Assembly: GCF_001194135.2 (NCBI RefSeq)
Contig: NC_068987.1
Location: forward strand, 55,340,743 to 55,404,742
DNA from: Octopus bimaculoides
Taxonomy: Eukaryota
Reading direction: 5' to 3'
Length of the DNA: 64,000 nt
The notes beneath the pieces are model-generated. The model was not told the DNA's origin and did not search any database. It saw nothing but the letters and a program-made list of their open reading frames with translations. Shown here one piece after another: positions 23,734 to 36,858 of the stretch. Position 1 is the first letter of the stretch, and the number at the start of each line of letters is the position of its first letter. A program made the translations under genes and the position numbers.

Positions 23734-24126
23734 GTGGAGGCGCAATGGCCCAGTGGTTAGGGCAGTGGACTCGCGGTCATAGGATTGCGGTTTCGATTCC
23801 CAGACCGGGCGTTGTGAGTGTTTATTGAACGAAAACACCTGAAGCTCCACGAGGCTCCGGCAGGGGATGGTGGCGAACCCTGCTGTACTCTTTCACCACA
23901 ACTTTCTCTCACTCTTACTTCCTGTTTCTGTTGTGCCTGTAATTCAAAGGGTCAGCCTTATCACACTGTGTCTCGCTGAATATCCCCAAGAACTACGTTA
24001 AGGGTACACGTGTCTGTGGAGCGCTCAGCCATTTGCACGTTAATTTCACGAGCAGGCTATTCCATTGATCGGATCAACTGGAATCCTTGACGTCGTAAGC
24101 GACGGAGTGCCAACAACAACAACAAC
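23734..24126 (+). mobile_element. Full-length SINE family B with 11-bp TSD
   Basis: Near-identical to 17210-17590; TSD GTGTGTATTTA at 23723-23733 and 24127-24137. Confidence 0.95.
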
Positions 24127-24149
24127 GTGTGTATTTATATGTATATGAG

Positions 24150-24492
24150 CATGAAAGTGCATGGTTCAGTGGCTAAAGTGTTAGGCTCACAATCATGAGG
24201 TAGTGAGTTTGATTCCTGGACCAGGCTGTGTGTTGTTTTCTTGAGCAAAACACTTTATTTTGCATTGCTCCAGTTCACTAGCTGTAGAAATTAGTTGCAA
24301 TGTCACTGGTGCCAAACTGTATTGGCCTTTGCCTTTTCCTTGGATAACACTGGTGGCATGAAGAGGGGAGGCTGGAATGCATGGGCGACTGCTGGTCTTC
24401 CATAAACAACCTTTCCCAGAGTTGTACTTCGGAGGGTAACTTTCTAGGTGCAATCCCATTGTCATTCACGACAGAAGGGGGTCTTTACCCGT
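24150..24492 (+). mobile_element. SINE family D (tRNA head, CORE-like segment, distinct body)
   Basis: gcatggttcagtggctaaag...gagtttgattcctgg...ttgagcaaaacactttatt. Confidence 0.7.
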
Positions 24493-24814
24493 TACCCTAC
24501 ACACACACACACACACATATGATGCAGCCTAGCTGAATAATTCACAAGTTTACTTCACAACCATGTAACCCCAGGATCATCCCACTTGCTGTGGGCCAAC
24601 ACAAAAAATGTTCATGAAACTAAGCCTAGTACTTATTCAATCAATCTCTTTTGCATGGCTGCAATCAAATGACAAACAAGTAAAAGAATAAAAGAATATA
24701 TACATAGGCACATTTACGCCAACAGGTTTATATGCATACATATATATATATATGTATACATACATGCATGTTTATATATACATATATATTAATATAAATA
24801 ATATATAAATATAT

Positions 24815-25594
24815 GCATATATCCATGCTGAGGACATACGTAAGCTCGCAAGGAATGAAGCCAGTATGCTCCGTTGGATGTGTAATGTCAATGTGAATAC
24901 CCGTCAGAGTGTAAGTATCTTGAGAGAAAAGCTGAACATTAGAAGCATCAGTTGTGGTGTGCAAGAGAGACGATTGCGCTGGTATGGACATGTGGTGAGA
25001 ATGGATGAGGATAGCTGCGTGAAAAAGTGCCACACCCTAACAGTTGAGGGAACCCGTGGAAGAGGTAGGCCCAGGAAGACCTGGGCTGAGGTGGTGAGGC
25101 AAGACCTTCGTACATTGGGCCTCACCGAGGCGATGACTACTGACCGAGACCTTTGGAAATGTGCTGTGCGTGAGAAGACCCGGCAAGCCAAGTAAGATCG
25201 NNNNNNNNNNNNNNNNNNNNNNNNNNNNNNNNNNNNNNNNNNNNNNNNNNNNNNNNNNNNNNNNNNNNNNNNNNNNNNNNNNNNNNNNNNNNNNNNNNNN
25301 NNNNNNNNNNNNNNNNNNNNNNNNNNNNNNNNNNNNNNNNNNNNNNNNNNNNNNNNNNNNNNNNNNNNNNNNNNNNNNNNNNNNNNNNNNNNNNNNNNNN
25401 NNNNNNNCACGTAAAAGCACCCACTACACTCTCTGAGTGGTTGGCGTTAGGAAGGGCATCCAGCTGTAGAAACTCTGCCAAATTAGACTGGAGTCTGGTG
25501 TTGCCATCCGGTTTCACCAGTCCTCAGTCAAATCGTCCAACCCATGCTAGCATGGAAAGCGGACGTTAAACGATGATGATGATGATGATGATGA
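24815..25594 (+). mobile_element. 5'-truncated RTE-BovB-type LINE (ORF C-terminus, 3' UTR, (GAT)n tail)
   Basis: ORF 24866-25195 LRWMCNV...RRLRWYGHVVRM...RGRGRPRKTW...DRDLWK; ends cggacgttaaacgatgatgat. Confidence 0.95.
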
Positions 25595-26249
25595 TCCATA
25601 CATGTATGTACATAACTACATCTATATGTATACATACATGCATATATGGGTACAGAACATCAAAACAACATTAAACACAATGAGAAACGAAAACAGAAAA
25701 CGAGACATGCAACATAAAGAGTATACCCCTTCGTCAGTTGTCCCTGTTCCATCTACTCCGCACACAGACATACAAATGCATACATATTTATACATACACC
25801 TTGCATGTGCATACATATACATGTGTATTTATGCATGTGCATATGTGTCTGCAAGCATGTATGGTTGTTTGCATTTTTAGATTGATGAAATTAGTAAAAT
25901 ATATTATCTTTTACTTGGGAATGGAAATAAGGGCTTGTATCAGAAAGGGCAATAATGGGAAAATGGACTAAAATGAAAAAAAAAAAAACTGCTTTTTAAT
26001 AAAGTATATATATATATTATATCTATCTTATGATATTTACTTTGCTTTATATTATACTCATTTATTGTGCTTTTAATTGTTAATTTTTCTATATGTGATA
26101 GTGGATTTTCATCGATGAGTTCTTGAAACTTGGTTATTTTCCCTAAAACTATATATTTTATCTATAAAGCTCAATTTAATTTTAATTTTTTATAAATTGA
26201 TTTTAATTGAGTTTTTACCTGTAATTTTGGATTTTGTCCCTAATATTAT

Positions 26250-26306
<57 letters not shown>

Positions 26307-28199
26307 CATCATTCACAAAGCATTTATGTATAGGCTATGTTATGTGAATGATAACATTTTATAAACAAAAGTGTTTAATATTCAATTTCATATATATGTG
26401 TTTGTGCGTGTGTGTGTTTGAAACTCAAACTACATCCAATTTACACTAAAAATTTGCAGTTTTATTTTGATTAAAATACCGGTGTCTTTTGAGCAAAACT
26501 TTTGAATTCTGTCTGCCTGCTCTATCACCTCTGACAGTTGCTCCTACTCCATTTATTGTTTTACTCTTCTTTTCCTCTTGCTTGACCAACAGAACACATC
26601 GCATTTTATTATTTGTATAGGATATGTAGATCAATATGATTCTCATCATAATCATCCTTGTTTACATCTATAGTTTCCATGTTGACATTGGTTAGATGGA
26701 TCATCACAGTCCAACTCATTTCTTATTCAGAGTTGTTGTCCCCCTAGACTTGTTAAAGGACCATGTCTAATTTACATGGTTAAATTTTAGGATGTTGTTT
26801 TTTTTATAACTGGATCCCCTTCTATATACCAACTATTTTACTGTGTGTGCAGGAGTGCATACCATTGTGGCACCACTAGAGGGATTGTCATGTCCTTGAA
26901 AAGACCAGCCATGTAGGTCTCTTAACTACATCACTTACATTTATTCATCAAACACTTTACAGAGCTCACTGTGTATACTTTATTGTGGCACCAGTACTGT
27001 GACTAAAGTATGTAGAAGAAAGCTGCAATTGCAGAAGATGAATGAGAGTGAAAGAGAGGAAAGAAGTAGGAGCATAAAAGGAGAAAGTACTAAATGGAGC
27101 TAATGGATAGAACAGTAATAGTATGATGTAATGCCAAGCATTGTAATAGAAAGGGGGTCATGGGTGAGAGTGAGGGACAAATATTTGTGAAAACGGTAAT
27201 AATTAGAGTGTGATGGATGTCAATGGTATAACATGATTTTTGTCCTTGGGTAGCAACTGTTATTTCCTATTTGCTTACTCCTTGAAAGTATGAAAAATGG
27301 CTAATATTTCCTTCAAACTTTGCCTTTGTTATATTTATTCAAACCCCAAAAAATCCCTCTCAACACATGTCTATGATGCTCCCCGACTACTTCTGCTCAT
27401 GATCAGAGATGCACATATTGTCAGCCACTAAGGGACATGCTCAAGTGGTTAAGGTCAAGCAGCTGCCATGCAAATCTGTGGTATTGAGCAGAATATTTGC
27501 TTTAATGATATTTCTGCTTCAGCAACTCATCACTGAATCTGTCTGACATGTAATGGCAAATAGGTCAGTTTCAAAGCATTGATAACCAGATCACAAAAGC
27601 AAAGTTTGAAGGGAATAGTTGTCATTTCCTTTGATTTCTAAAAAGAAGCAAATTGGAAATAGTACTTACTGACCAAAGACAAAAAAAAACAAAAATTGCT
27701 ACACAGTGTAATAAGTGACTTGGCTTATGAGTAGCTAGTAATGATAGGAGAGGAGGGTGTATTGGATATGATGCAATCTCTTGTTAATTAGGCTTCACTT
27801 TTAACAAGTAGATTACTACTTTGGCAATGACAAAAGGCTCCAGAGAAAAATAAGTGACCTCTGTCATTTTTAATTCACCGTCTATTTTTATTGTTAATAG
27901 TTGAAAATAGAACATAACAGTTCCAAGAATAGAGCTGGAAAAATGAGATTAACATTGTGGCCTTATTCTGTAAGAGAATTTTGTGCTCATCCTAGTAATT
28001 TTATTGGGCAGCTTGTGTGATAGTGTGCTGATGAAAAAAAAGATACAGAAAGAAGTTTAGTGAGTAAATGCATGATTGATTTTTAAGTTTGTAGTTTGGC
28101 TGTTGGGTATTGCAGAATGTTCATGCTGACCAGTCATCTAACTAAATGCATGACTACATCTCTTCTTTCTCTTTCCATCCAGTTCTGTCTGATCATGTC

Positions 28200-29200
28200 C
28201 ATTTGAGCCCCTGCTTGATGTTTTGTATTCTTTTTATAAGCTGTCATTAGTTTAATCAAAGCTAGCCTCACATTCATTAGAATGTTTGCTGATGTCAGTC
28301 AAAGAATTTGATGTGTAATTGTTGAGTATCATTGGTTAGATTTTTTTATGACATTATCATTCAATTTGAAAGAGGCTGTTTTGTGATATGAAGAACTAAG
28401 CATAAAGCAAGAAGTCCAAGTTCAAACTGAGAAAGGAACCTGCTACACACTGATGATAATTATCTATCCCCCCCTCTCTCTCACACATCCTGCATACATA
28501 CATTTGTTCTTTTGTTTAGCATGGCTTGCACTGCTCTCACAAGTCATTCATCTGCATTTTCAGTTTTTTATTGTCTATCAGACAACAGACCATGGTATTT
28601 TGTCAAACACTTTTTCCATGTTATTGCTGTTTCACTAAGATAAGAGCCTCATTGGTACACTTTTCCAGCACAAACCTGAGCTGCATCTCATCTAAGCTTA
28701 TTTTCTTCTTAATTAGCTGTACTGTAACTCTCTGTTACTTTTATTAACTTTGTCCATCAGTTTGATATCTCTGTTCATTCTTTCTTTCTTTCTTGGGTAT
28801 CTTCTTTGCTATTTTTACTAGTTGTTGATGATGCTATTGCAGAAGTCATTGGGAATGAATCTGTTCCTATACTTCCTGAATGTCTATATGAATGACTAAT
28901 ATGAGTTGTATTTTGATGGATATTTTAGCATCTCAGAGATTATGCCTGATGGTCTGCCTGCTTTCCCCACTAACATCTTTAATATCTGCCTTGACTGTAT
29001 AGCACTTAATTTCAATAGCTACTCTCTGTTGGGTCTATTTGGGATAATATCTTTCTGTCCCAAGCATTTTCCTTGTTCAACAACCTCTTGTAAGCGCATT
29101 TCCATACCTCTTTCTTCTTGGCACCAATGAGGGCAAGGATCCTGCTATCATCATTAGGTACATTCTTCTCATCATTAACACCCTGATTTGTACTGTTATA
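28200..29200 (-). mobile_element. Heavily degraded RTE-like LINE RT region
   Basis: Scattered minus-strand RT-like remnants with many stops; CpG-depleted. Confidence 0.35.
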
Positions 29201-31249
29201 TTAATTTGCAACCCAGAACACTTCATGTTTCTTATCCATGTTGTAGAATATTGGCAATCCTCTTACTTTCCACTTCTCTCTGAAACTATGTATATTTGAT
29301 GTCTAACCATTTTTGTTTTTAGCAGAATTGAAAAAAAAATCTCTTAGTCACTTTTGGGGGCTGGTACATGGCTGCTTCTTTTATGATGGCATTCTACTGA
29401 TTACCATCTTCTGGTGTTCCATATTTGTAGCATGTTTCTTTGACCATTACAAATATGACCATCAGCTGTTGTCAGATCTTCAAATGATCCTGGCTTTTTA
29501 ACTTCATGCAACAACATTATTTAAAAAGTATTCATGTTGGCTGAGCAGTGTAAAGTTGACCTAAAGCACTTACAAATCTTACATTTCTATAACCTTCTGC
29601 TTTGCTTTCTTTTTTTTCATTTTTGTTGTTGTTCCATGAGTAATAAGATAATAACTGGTGATACAATAATGTTTGAACAAATACATCTTGGCATAGTTTT
29701 AAAAAATGCTGGAGAAATTGTCTCTTTAGGAGTAAGCACCTACTGGACAAATGTTCCATTAGTAAATAACCTTTGTCCATTTTCTAAATAAGTTACTAGT
29801 TGCTGTACTGCAGGACACCTTTCATGAATGGGAAAGCTAAAAATTCTCTAAAAGTTTCGTTGCTGCTTAAGTAGTAACTTTGCTGGCTGTTAGTCAATTC
29901 CTCTGATACATTTTGTCACTGTAAAATCTATAAGCATAGAAGTCTATACATGACACTGTTTTGCTAGAATTGTACACAATTACCTGTATCATTGAATAGT
30001 AATTTGCATTTCATAAAGTCACTACGTCACTTATGAAACCACTTAGCATCATTTAAAGCAATCTTGCATTGATAGCAAAGTGACCCAAGTATGTGATATA
30101 GTTTTGATCTTGCTTTGTAAATATAAATGTTCATGAAGGTAATGAGTCAGTCTAGAAAAATGTTTTAACTCTGTATTCTGTCACTCTGTATTCCTGCTAT
30201 AGTGGGAATAGGTTAAACATCATCTCTGCTGGACTCCCAGTAAAGCAGTAATGAGCAACACAGAGAAAAAAGATGCAGCAGATTCTGTCCATTTGTTTGC
30301 CTGCAATAATTACTCTTGAACTGTATATGCAACTGTTTATTTTTTTGCTCAGGAGTCCAGGTGGAAGGTAAAGTTAGAGACAAAGACTTGAGTCTTAGAG
30401 GGTTAATATCCAAATAAAGAAGTCCATAACACTGCACAGTAGTTTACATCTGGAAACATTGAATGCTTTTAGTATGATTTTTCATATTAAAATATTACAT
30501 GCCTTATATGGTGATGCGTACGAAATAAAAATTGAAATACCTGAGTAAAGTGGTTTGCATTCAGAGAAATATAGATTATTCTAGAACTGATATAAAATTA
30601 CACCCTGTACGAGCAACAAATATATATAATTTTTTTTTTAAATTTTAAACTCCTGCCATAATACTTTTAATGCACAAAATTTGCTTGTTTGTTACAAGAA
30701 TTATTACAAAAAAAAAAATCTGGCACTTATGCATCCTGAAAAGCCTAGAATATTCTGGAAATTTCTTTTCTAATGTGCAACTCTGCTACTTATGAGCCGA
30801 AGGCATCTGTAGATTTTGTTCTTGCTTTCCACGCAAATGATGCCAATATCTAATACAAAAACGAAAAGAAAAAAAATTGCATTCACCATTAATTGCAAAA
30901 CAAAATAGCAGCATTTAATTTTTTGTAAAATATTTGTTAATATGGAACTATTTTAAATTTATAAGTTCAACCGTTTGGTTTCCCAGGCTATTAAGAAAAT
31001 AAACAAATGTCTTTTAAATGTGTGTGTGTGCACAAACACAAGCATGCACACACACACACAAATCCATTTTTAATATCTAATAATAAAGAGAGCAGTGTGT
31101 CTCAATCTTGCCGCTTGTCCTCCAAACGAAAATATGATTGATCTGATTTTTCTCCCTTGCTTCTGTATGTACAAACTACAATGTGACCAGTCATATAGCT
31201 GCAGTACGTATTTTAAGCCTGGTACTTATTCTGTTCGTCTCTCTTATGA

Positions 31250-31745
31250 TGAAACACTGAGCTACAAGAAAACATTTAGAGACAAATACAAACACGCACA
31301 CACACATGCCAGGCTTCTGTACAGTTTCCATTTACCAAATTCACTCAAAGCATTGGTTGGCTTTTTTTTTAGAAGACATTTACCCAAAGTGCTGTGCAGT
31401 GGAACTGAACCTGTAGCTACATGGTTTCAAACAAACATCTTAACCACACAACTTGCCTATATATTTAATTATATGTCTATTTAAAAATAGGTACTGTAAG
31501 AAGCTTGCTTCCCAACCACATGGTTGTGGGTTCAGTCCCACTGCGTGGCACCTTGGACAAGTGTCTTCTACTTTAGCCTCGGGCCGACCAAAGCCTTGTG
31601 ACTGAATTTGAAAGACGGAAACCCGTCGTATATATATGTGTGTGTTTGTTCCCATCATCGCTTGACAACCAGTTTTGGTGTGTTTACATCCTGTAACTTA
31701 GTGGTTCGGCAAAGAGACTGATAGAATAAGTACTAGGTTTAAAAA
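31250..31745. mobile_element. Two divergent head-to-head SINE family A copies (31250-31460 -, 31492-31745 +)
   Basis: agaagacatttacccaaagtgc...(-) and gtaagaagcttgcttcccaaccac...(+). Confidence 0.75.
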
Positions 31746-31759
31746 TATGCAGTACAGTA

Positions 31760-31838
31760 CTGTTTCATCCTCGTAGATTTTCACCTATCGCGGGGTGTTT
31801 TGGAACGTAACATACGCGATAGTTGAGGGATTACTGTA
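31760..31838 (-). mobile_element. Tigger/pogo-like MITE terminus
   Basis: ...cgcgatagttgagggattactgTA, reverse complement TAcagtaatccctc, a typical pogo/Tigger TIR start. Confidence 0.55.
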
Positions 31839-33334
31839 TTATTAAAATGCTTATATGTATATAATTATATATATGTGTAAGGCACCTTTTTCCGATAAAA
31901 CCAAGAACTTATACCTATGTGTGTGTATATGTATATTTAATTATATAGATATAATACGTTTACTTAAGGATATACACATAATGTATATACTCACATTCAA
32001 ATACTCATGTATATAGTTTGTGTGTGTGTGTGTGTGTAATAATTGTGTTTAACATCATCATTAGTTCACTTCTCCTTTTCATATTGGCTTGGGTTGGACA
32101 GTTTGGCAAGATTTGACGGACTGAGTGGGAGTGGGGACATATTTTTTTCCAGCATATCAGTTTTGACATGGTTTCTATGGGTAGATGTCCCATTCTATTA
32201 CCAATCCCCAACACAAAATGTTCTGGGTGCGTTCGTTTTTTTCATTGCACCAGCACTATAGAAGTTGTGCTGTTCTTAAAATTTCTAGAGTCCTCTCAAC
32301 ACTGCATTACCTTTGTTTGATTCCCAACCACTTTACAGAGTGTAGTCGGCACTTATTTTCATGCCACCAACACCAGTGGGTTGCTTTGCAACTCGCAAGG
32401 CAAAATAGCCTCTATAACTGGGAGAGAGAGAGAGAGCGAGAGAGAGAGGGGACTTTGGGCGAATTGTTGAGAGCTGTTTAGTGTATGATTGGAGGTATGG
32501 ATTTTTTGTTGCGAGAGGAAGGTAGTGGAAACAGTAACAAACGATACATTGTTGTGAGGGAATAATAGAAGGGAGACGGTAGTTTCAGCAGTTTGTGTGT
32601 GTACGTGATCGAGCGAGCGAGAGATAGAGAGAGTAGGAGTGACCTAATGCTAACCCATAAATATGTATTGGTAATTATATGTTTACTTGTATTTATAGTA
32701 CATATAAAAGTATACACAAACACGAGAAAGCATATATATTCAGTTTGGTATTATTTTCAAAGATGTTATTTTATTCGGTTGGAGCTGACCCTTTTATTTT
32801 CCCTCCATAAACTCTCTGACGTTCTTTTTTTCCTTCAGAGATGATGTATCTGGAGTACGTTATCATATGTGTCCTTTTCTTACCCTCTTAAGATGCTAGC
32901 ATGTAGTATGGTTGAAATTTGGCTATCATTTCTAGCACATCGAGTGACCACATGGGAAATCACTCCTTGGCTCGTTTAAGAAATGTATTTTAAACTTATC
33001 ATTATATTATTTATTCCGTAAATACCTATTAAATGGCTGCATTTTATTTTTGCAGTGTTTTCTTCCTGACTTGAACAGATTAAAATTTTCTAAATAGATT
33101 AATAAACGAAGGAATGCTATGTCTTTAGTTTTCCAAAAGAAAACCTGAAATTATCAACAGATGGGTGATTTTATGGTCTAATTCTTCTGTGACGGGACAG
33201 GCGTAACAATTATAAATATCAGTTATATGTAGGAATACAGCGACCTACAACGGATTTTGCCGTTCTCATATTTCAACCAGTGAACGTTTGAAAAGGGCCC
33301 CTGACTTACTTTTGTCAACAAACATGCATGTTTT

Positions 33335-33536
33335 CTTTACTCTTTTACTTGTTTCAGTCATTTGACTGCGGCCATGCTGGAGCACTGCCTTTCTTTAGTC
33401 GAGCAAATCGACCCCGGGACTTATTCTTTGTAAGCCTAGTACTTATTCTATCGGTCTGTTTTGCCGAACCGCTAGTTACGGGGACATAAACACACCAGCA
33501 TCGGTTGTCAAGCAATGCTAGGAGGAGAAACACAGA

Positions 33537-33571
<35 letters not shown>

Positions 33572-34012
33572 CGACGGGCTTCTTTCAGTTTCCGTCTACC
33601 AAATCCATTCACAAGGCTTTGGTCGACCCGAGGCTATAGTAGAAGACACTTGCCCAAGATGCCACGCAGTGGGACTGAACCCGTAAACATGTGGTTGGTA
33701 AGAAAGCTACTTTATTTCATAAATATTTGCCATAAAGGCATTACAAAGAGGGGACGAACAAGGACAGACAAACATAAAAGTGGTGAAGTAGCTGTATCGA
33801 TTAAATATTTACAATTTTAAATATACAATAATTTGATTATGTTTACAATGTTCGATTAAAGCATTGCTCATTAAAGATGTAATTTGTAATGGCTTTCCTG
33901 AAGGATAGGCATCCGACCACCTGGGTAGACCCCTTGCTTTTTCTTTCCCTTGTTTTTGGCTTCCACTTACCTGGTACCAAACACTCGCTTACCACACAAC
34001 CACTCCTGCGCC
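33335..34012 (-). mobile_element. SINE family A split by a ~275-bp insertion
   Basis: Body at 33335-33711; its missing head (accacacaaccactcctgcgcc) resumes at ~33988-34012. Confidence 0.8.
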
Positions 34013-34159
34013 TTTGTTAATGTTTTTAATATTTTTTTTAAATCTCCAACTGTAATACACATCAACCATGTCATACACAGCAAAAATAAACACGAACTTT
34101 TAATAACTAAACATCACATCGAGCATGCATGCATACGCGCGTGCATTTAAATTTACAGG

Positions 34160-34190
34160 CAAGTGGGGGCGGGGAGACGTCGTCAATACT
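34160..34190 (+). promoter_or_regulatory. GC box (GGGGCGGGG) next to a GACGTC CRE-like core
   Basis: gtgggggcggggagacgtcgtc within a CpG-retaining region. Confidence 0.3.
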
Positions 34191-35280
34191 AAAGCAGAAT
34201 AATTATTTAGTGTTGTCCTGAGAACATTCTTACTTGCTACTCTGAGTATCGCAATTCTTCAATGATCAGCAACACACACATGCAAAATACGCACAAAAGA
34301 GTAACAGCAACCAGCGTACGCTAAAGGTTTCGCCTGTTTATAGTAAAAATTATTACTTCAATAATAAATATTTTCCAATCATTCTCGAGCACAGTAGAAC
34401 CTTGTTCCGTTTTAGGAGTCGCAGATGACATACTTCGGAAGTTGTTTGACATTAGATGTTCACTACAATTGTCTTATGTGTGTGTGTGTTCCTTTTTTTT
34501 CCCAAGACGTTTGGCTATGTATTGACGAAGAATTAGCTAAGGTTTCCAGTGGGCTACCATATAAAAGACTTATTTGTTGGCCTGACATACGTACGTGCAT
34601 GCATACATATATAATACGAATATACACGTGAACACACTTACACATGATGTTTGCATGTGTAAAAGAAAGATATGGGCACTCCATTTCTTACAATTCGTTC
34701 AGATGCAGGGGTAGCGCTATCTTGTAGCCTCTCTTATTCTACCTTAAGTCTCACGTTAATGATGAAACAATGATTTTCCTACTGAAAAAATAAAAAAAAG
34801 GGAAAAAAGAAAACTTCGACATTCCGGACTATGCTCCACGCGTAAACTACATACATACACGTACGTACGTAAGTATGTATGTTATCAATAAGTTTCATTT
34901 CTGTATTTCTTGTCAGTAGAGAAAGAGCCGCAAGGCTCGTATGTATGCGTCTGTCTGTCTGTCTAAAATAAGAACTCAAGACAAATATGAATAGACTCAG
35001 AATGTGTGTATGTATGTATGTATATGTGTGTGTGTGTGTGTGTTACGTGTTGTTTATTTCTGCTCAGTGAATATTGAAACCATTCGAAGGGAGATAAGTC
35101 AACCAACACTATTTCGTGTAATCTGCATATGACGTTTCAGTTAAATTTTAAATGATATTCGCTCCAGTTGAAATTATATACGATTTCTACAAGTGAATCG
35201 TCATGTAAGATTCGTACTGAGTACATATATCATGTCAACGAGAAATTATATTGTTATAATACTTTTAAAGTATTATTATA

Positions 35281-36090
35281 AAGGCAGCGAGCTGGCAGAA
35301 TTGTTGGGAAGCCGAACAAAATGCTTAGCAGTTTTTTTTTTCGGCTTTACTTTCTGAATTTAAATTTCACCGTGGTCGACTTTGCCTTCCATTCTTTCAG
35401 GCTTGATGAAATAAGCATTTGAGGACTAGGGTCTATATAATCGACTTATTGCCCTTCCCCCAAATTTCAGGCCTTCTACTTTTAGTAGGCAGCATTATAT
35501 TATCATGTATTATAAGTGTTGTTCAGCTATGAATTAAAGAGTGTTGGATAATAATGACTTGCAATATTTATTCTGGGTAAGGCGGCGTGCTAGCAGAATC
35601 GTAAGCACGCCTTGTAAAATGCTAAGCGGCATTTCGTCCGTCTTTACGTTTTGAGTTCAAATTTTTACCTGCGTCGACTTTACCTTTCATCCTTTCGGGA
35701 GTCGATAAAATAAGTACCAGTTAAGTTCGGGGGAGTCGATGTAATCAACTTACCCCTTCCTCGAAGTTGTTGGTTGGCCTTGTGTCAAAATTTGAAACCT
35801 ATATCTGTTCTGGTTTGAGCTGGCAGAATCGTTAGCACGCCCGACAATATGCTTAGCGGCATTTCGTCCGTCATTACGTTCTGAGTTCAAATTCCACCGA
35901 GGTCGACTTTGCCTTTCATCATTTCCGGGTCGATAAAAATAAGTACCATTTGAGTACTGGAGCCGATGTAATCGACTTATTTCCTTCTCCGAAATTGCTG
36001 GTCTTGTGCCAAAATTTTAAACCAATATTTCTTTTGACTCTGTGGACCCTGAGTTCAACTTTGTCTTTCATTCTTTCAGGGTCGATAAGT
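35281..36090 (+). mobile_element. Head-to-tail cluster of 3 full and 1 partial SINE family C copies
   Basis: aaggcggcgagctggcagaatcgttagc...gagttcaaattcc...gtcgactttgcctttcatcctttc...gataaaataagtacc at 35281, 35579, 35817, 36050; central block resembles the Meta/Ceph-type SINE domain (from memory). Confidence 0.88.
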
Positions 36091-36858
36091 AATGTAACAG
36101 TCGTAGGTGACGGGTAGGCAAAATTCTGATAAGATCGGATGAGAAAGTTTCTGTTCCGGCTCTTCGCATTTTGCTACGAGACAGGAATACCAACTAATGC
36201 CAAAATCTCCATGCCTTTTCGTTGGCACGGAGAAAGTAAACTTGCATGGGCTACAGCTTGTCTTCGTCTGCACTTTCAAGAATAAACTTATATATTCTAA
36301 CGAGGTATACCGATGTCCCTGTGATACAAATATTTGCTACCAACACCTAAATGATGTCTTTATATATATTAGAGCCAGCCATCTAATATGTACCATGCTT
36401 TTGTTTACTATTTTAGGTGTTTAAGTAGTTGTGAGCAGGCATGGACACCATCTCAATTCTCTCACTTTTTCAACAAGCATCCAGAATGTAACAGCTAAAT
36501 GGAGAGAGAGAGATGTACCAGTTCCTTGTACTCATTTCAACTTAGTAGACTGTAGTAGCACGACAAAGTAAGTGCTTTACTTGATGATACAATGTGCTGC
36601 CTGGCATATTGTATAGGAATGGAACCTACTCATTGCGAACGTGAGCTAAGTATCCCTGACAACTAGGCCACGCCCAAACTATGATAGTTTGACTTATCTG
36701 CTCTTCATGCAAATGTTGTCCGCTAGGTTTGCTATAGTCTAAATTAAATTTTGTGAGTTATTTCAGTATTTAAATTACCAGCAATCCCAAGTTCTAATTA
36801 TAATAAATAGAGCTCAAGTGTTTTTTTAATGTGCAGCATTCGTTATGGTTTGTTTTTC

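Noticed and set aside
25505-25530. CTGAGGA-CTGGT-GAAAC-CGGAT in the antisense RTE tail (also 20740, 22700)
   Set aside because: No helix II, helix III does not close at an NUH, no helix I; coincidental core-like words.
25700-25760. Minus-strand CTGACGA followed by a small hairpin
   Set aside because: No GAAA after the hairpin; at most a Penelope-like remnant.
30213-30437. Minus-strand MDRICCIFFLCVAHYCFTG short ORF and plus-strand GVQVEGKVRDKD segment
   Set aside because: Short, stop-terminated, no convincing splice pair or homology.
33960-33975. Minus-strand CAG|GTAAGT donor
   Set aside because: Directly beside a SINE head fragment with no identifiable exon.
36417-36567. AG/GT-bounded 151-nt segment
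   Set aside because: Stops in all three frames; a non-coding exon cannot be supported from sequence alone.
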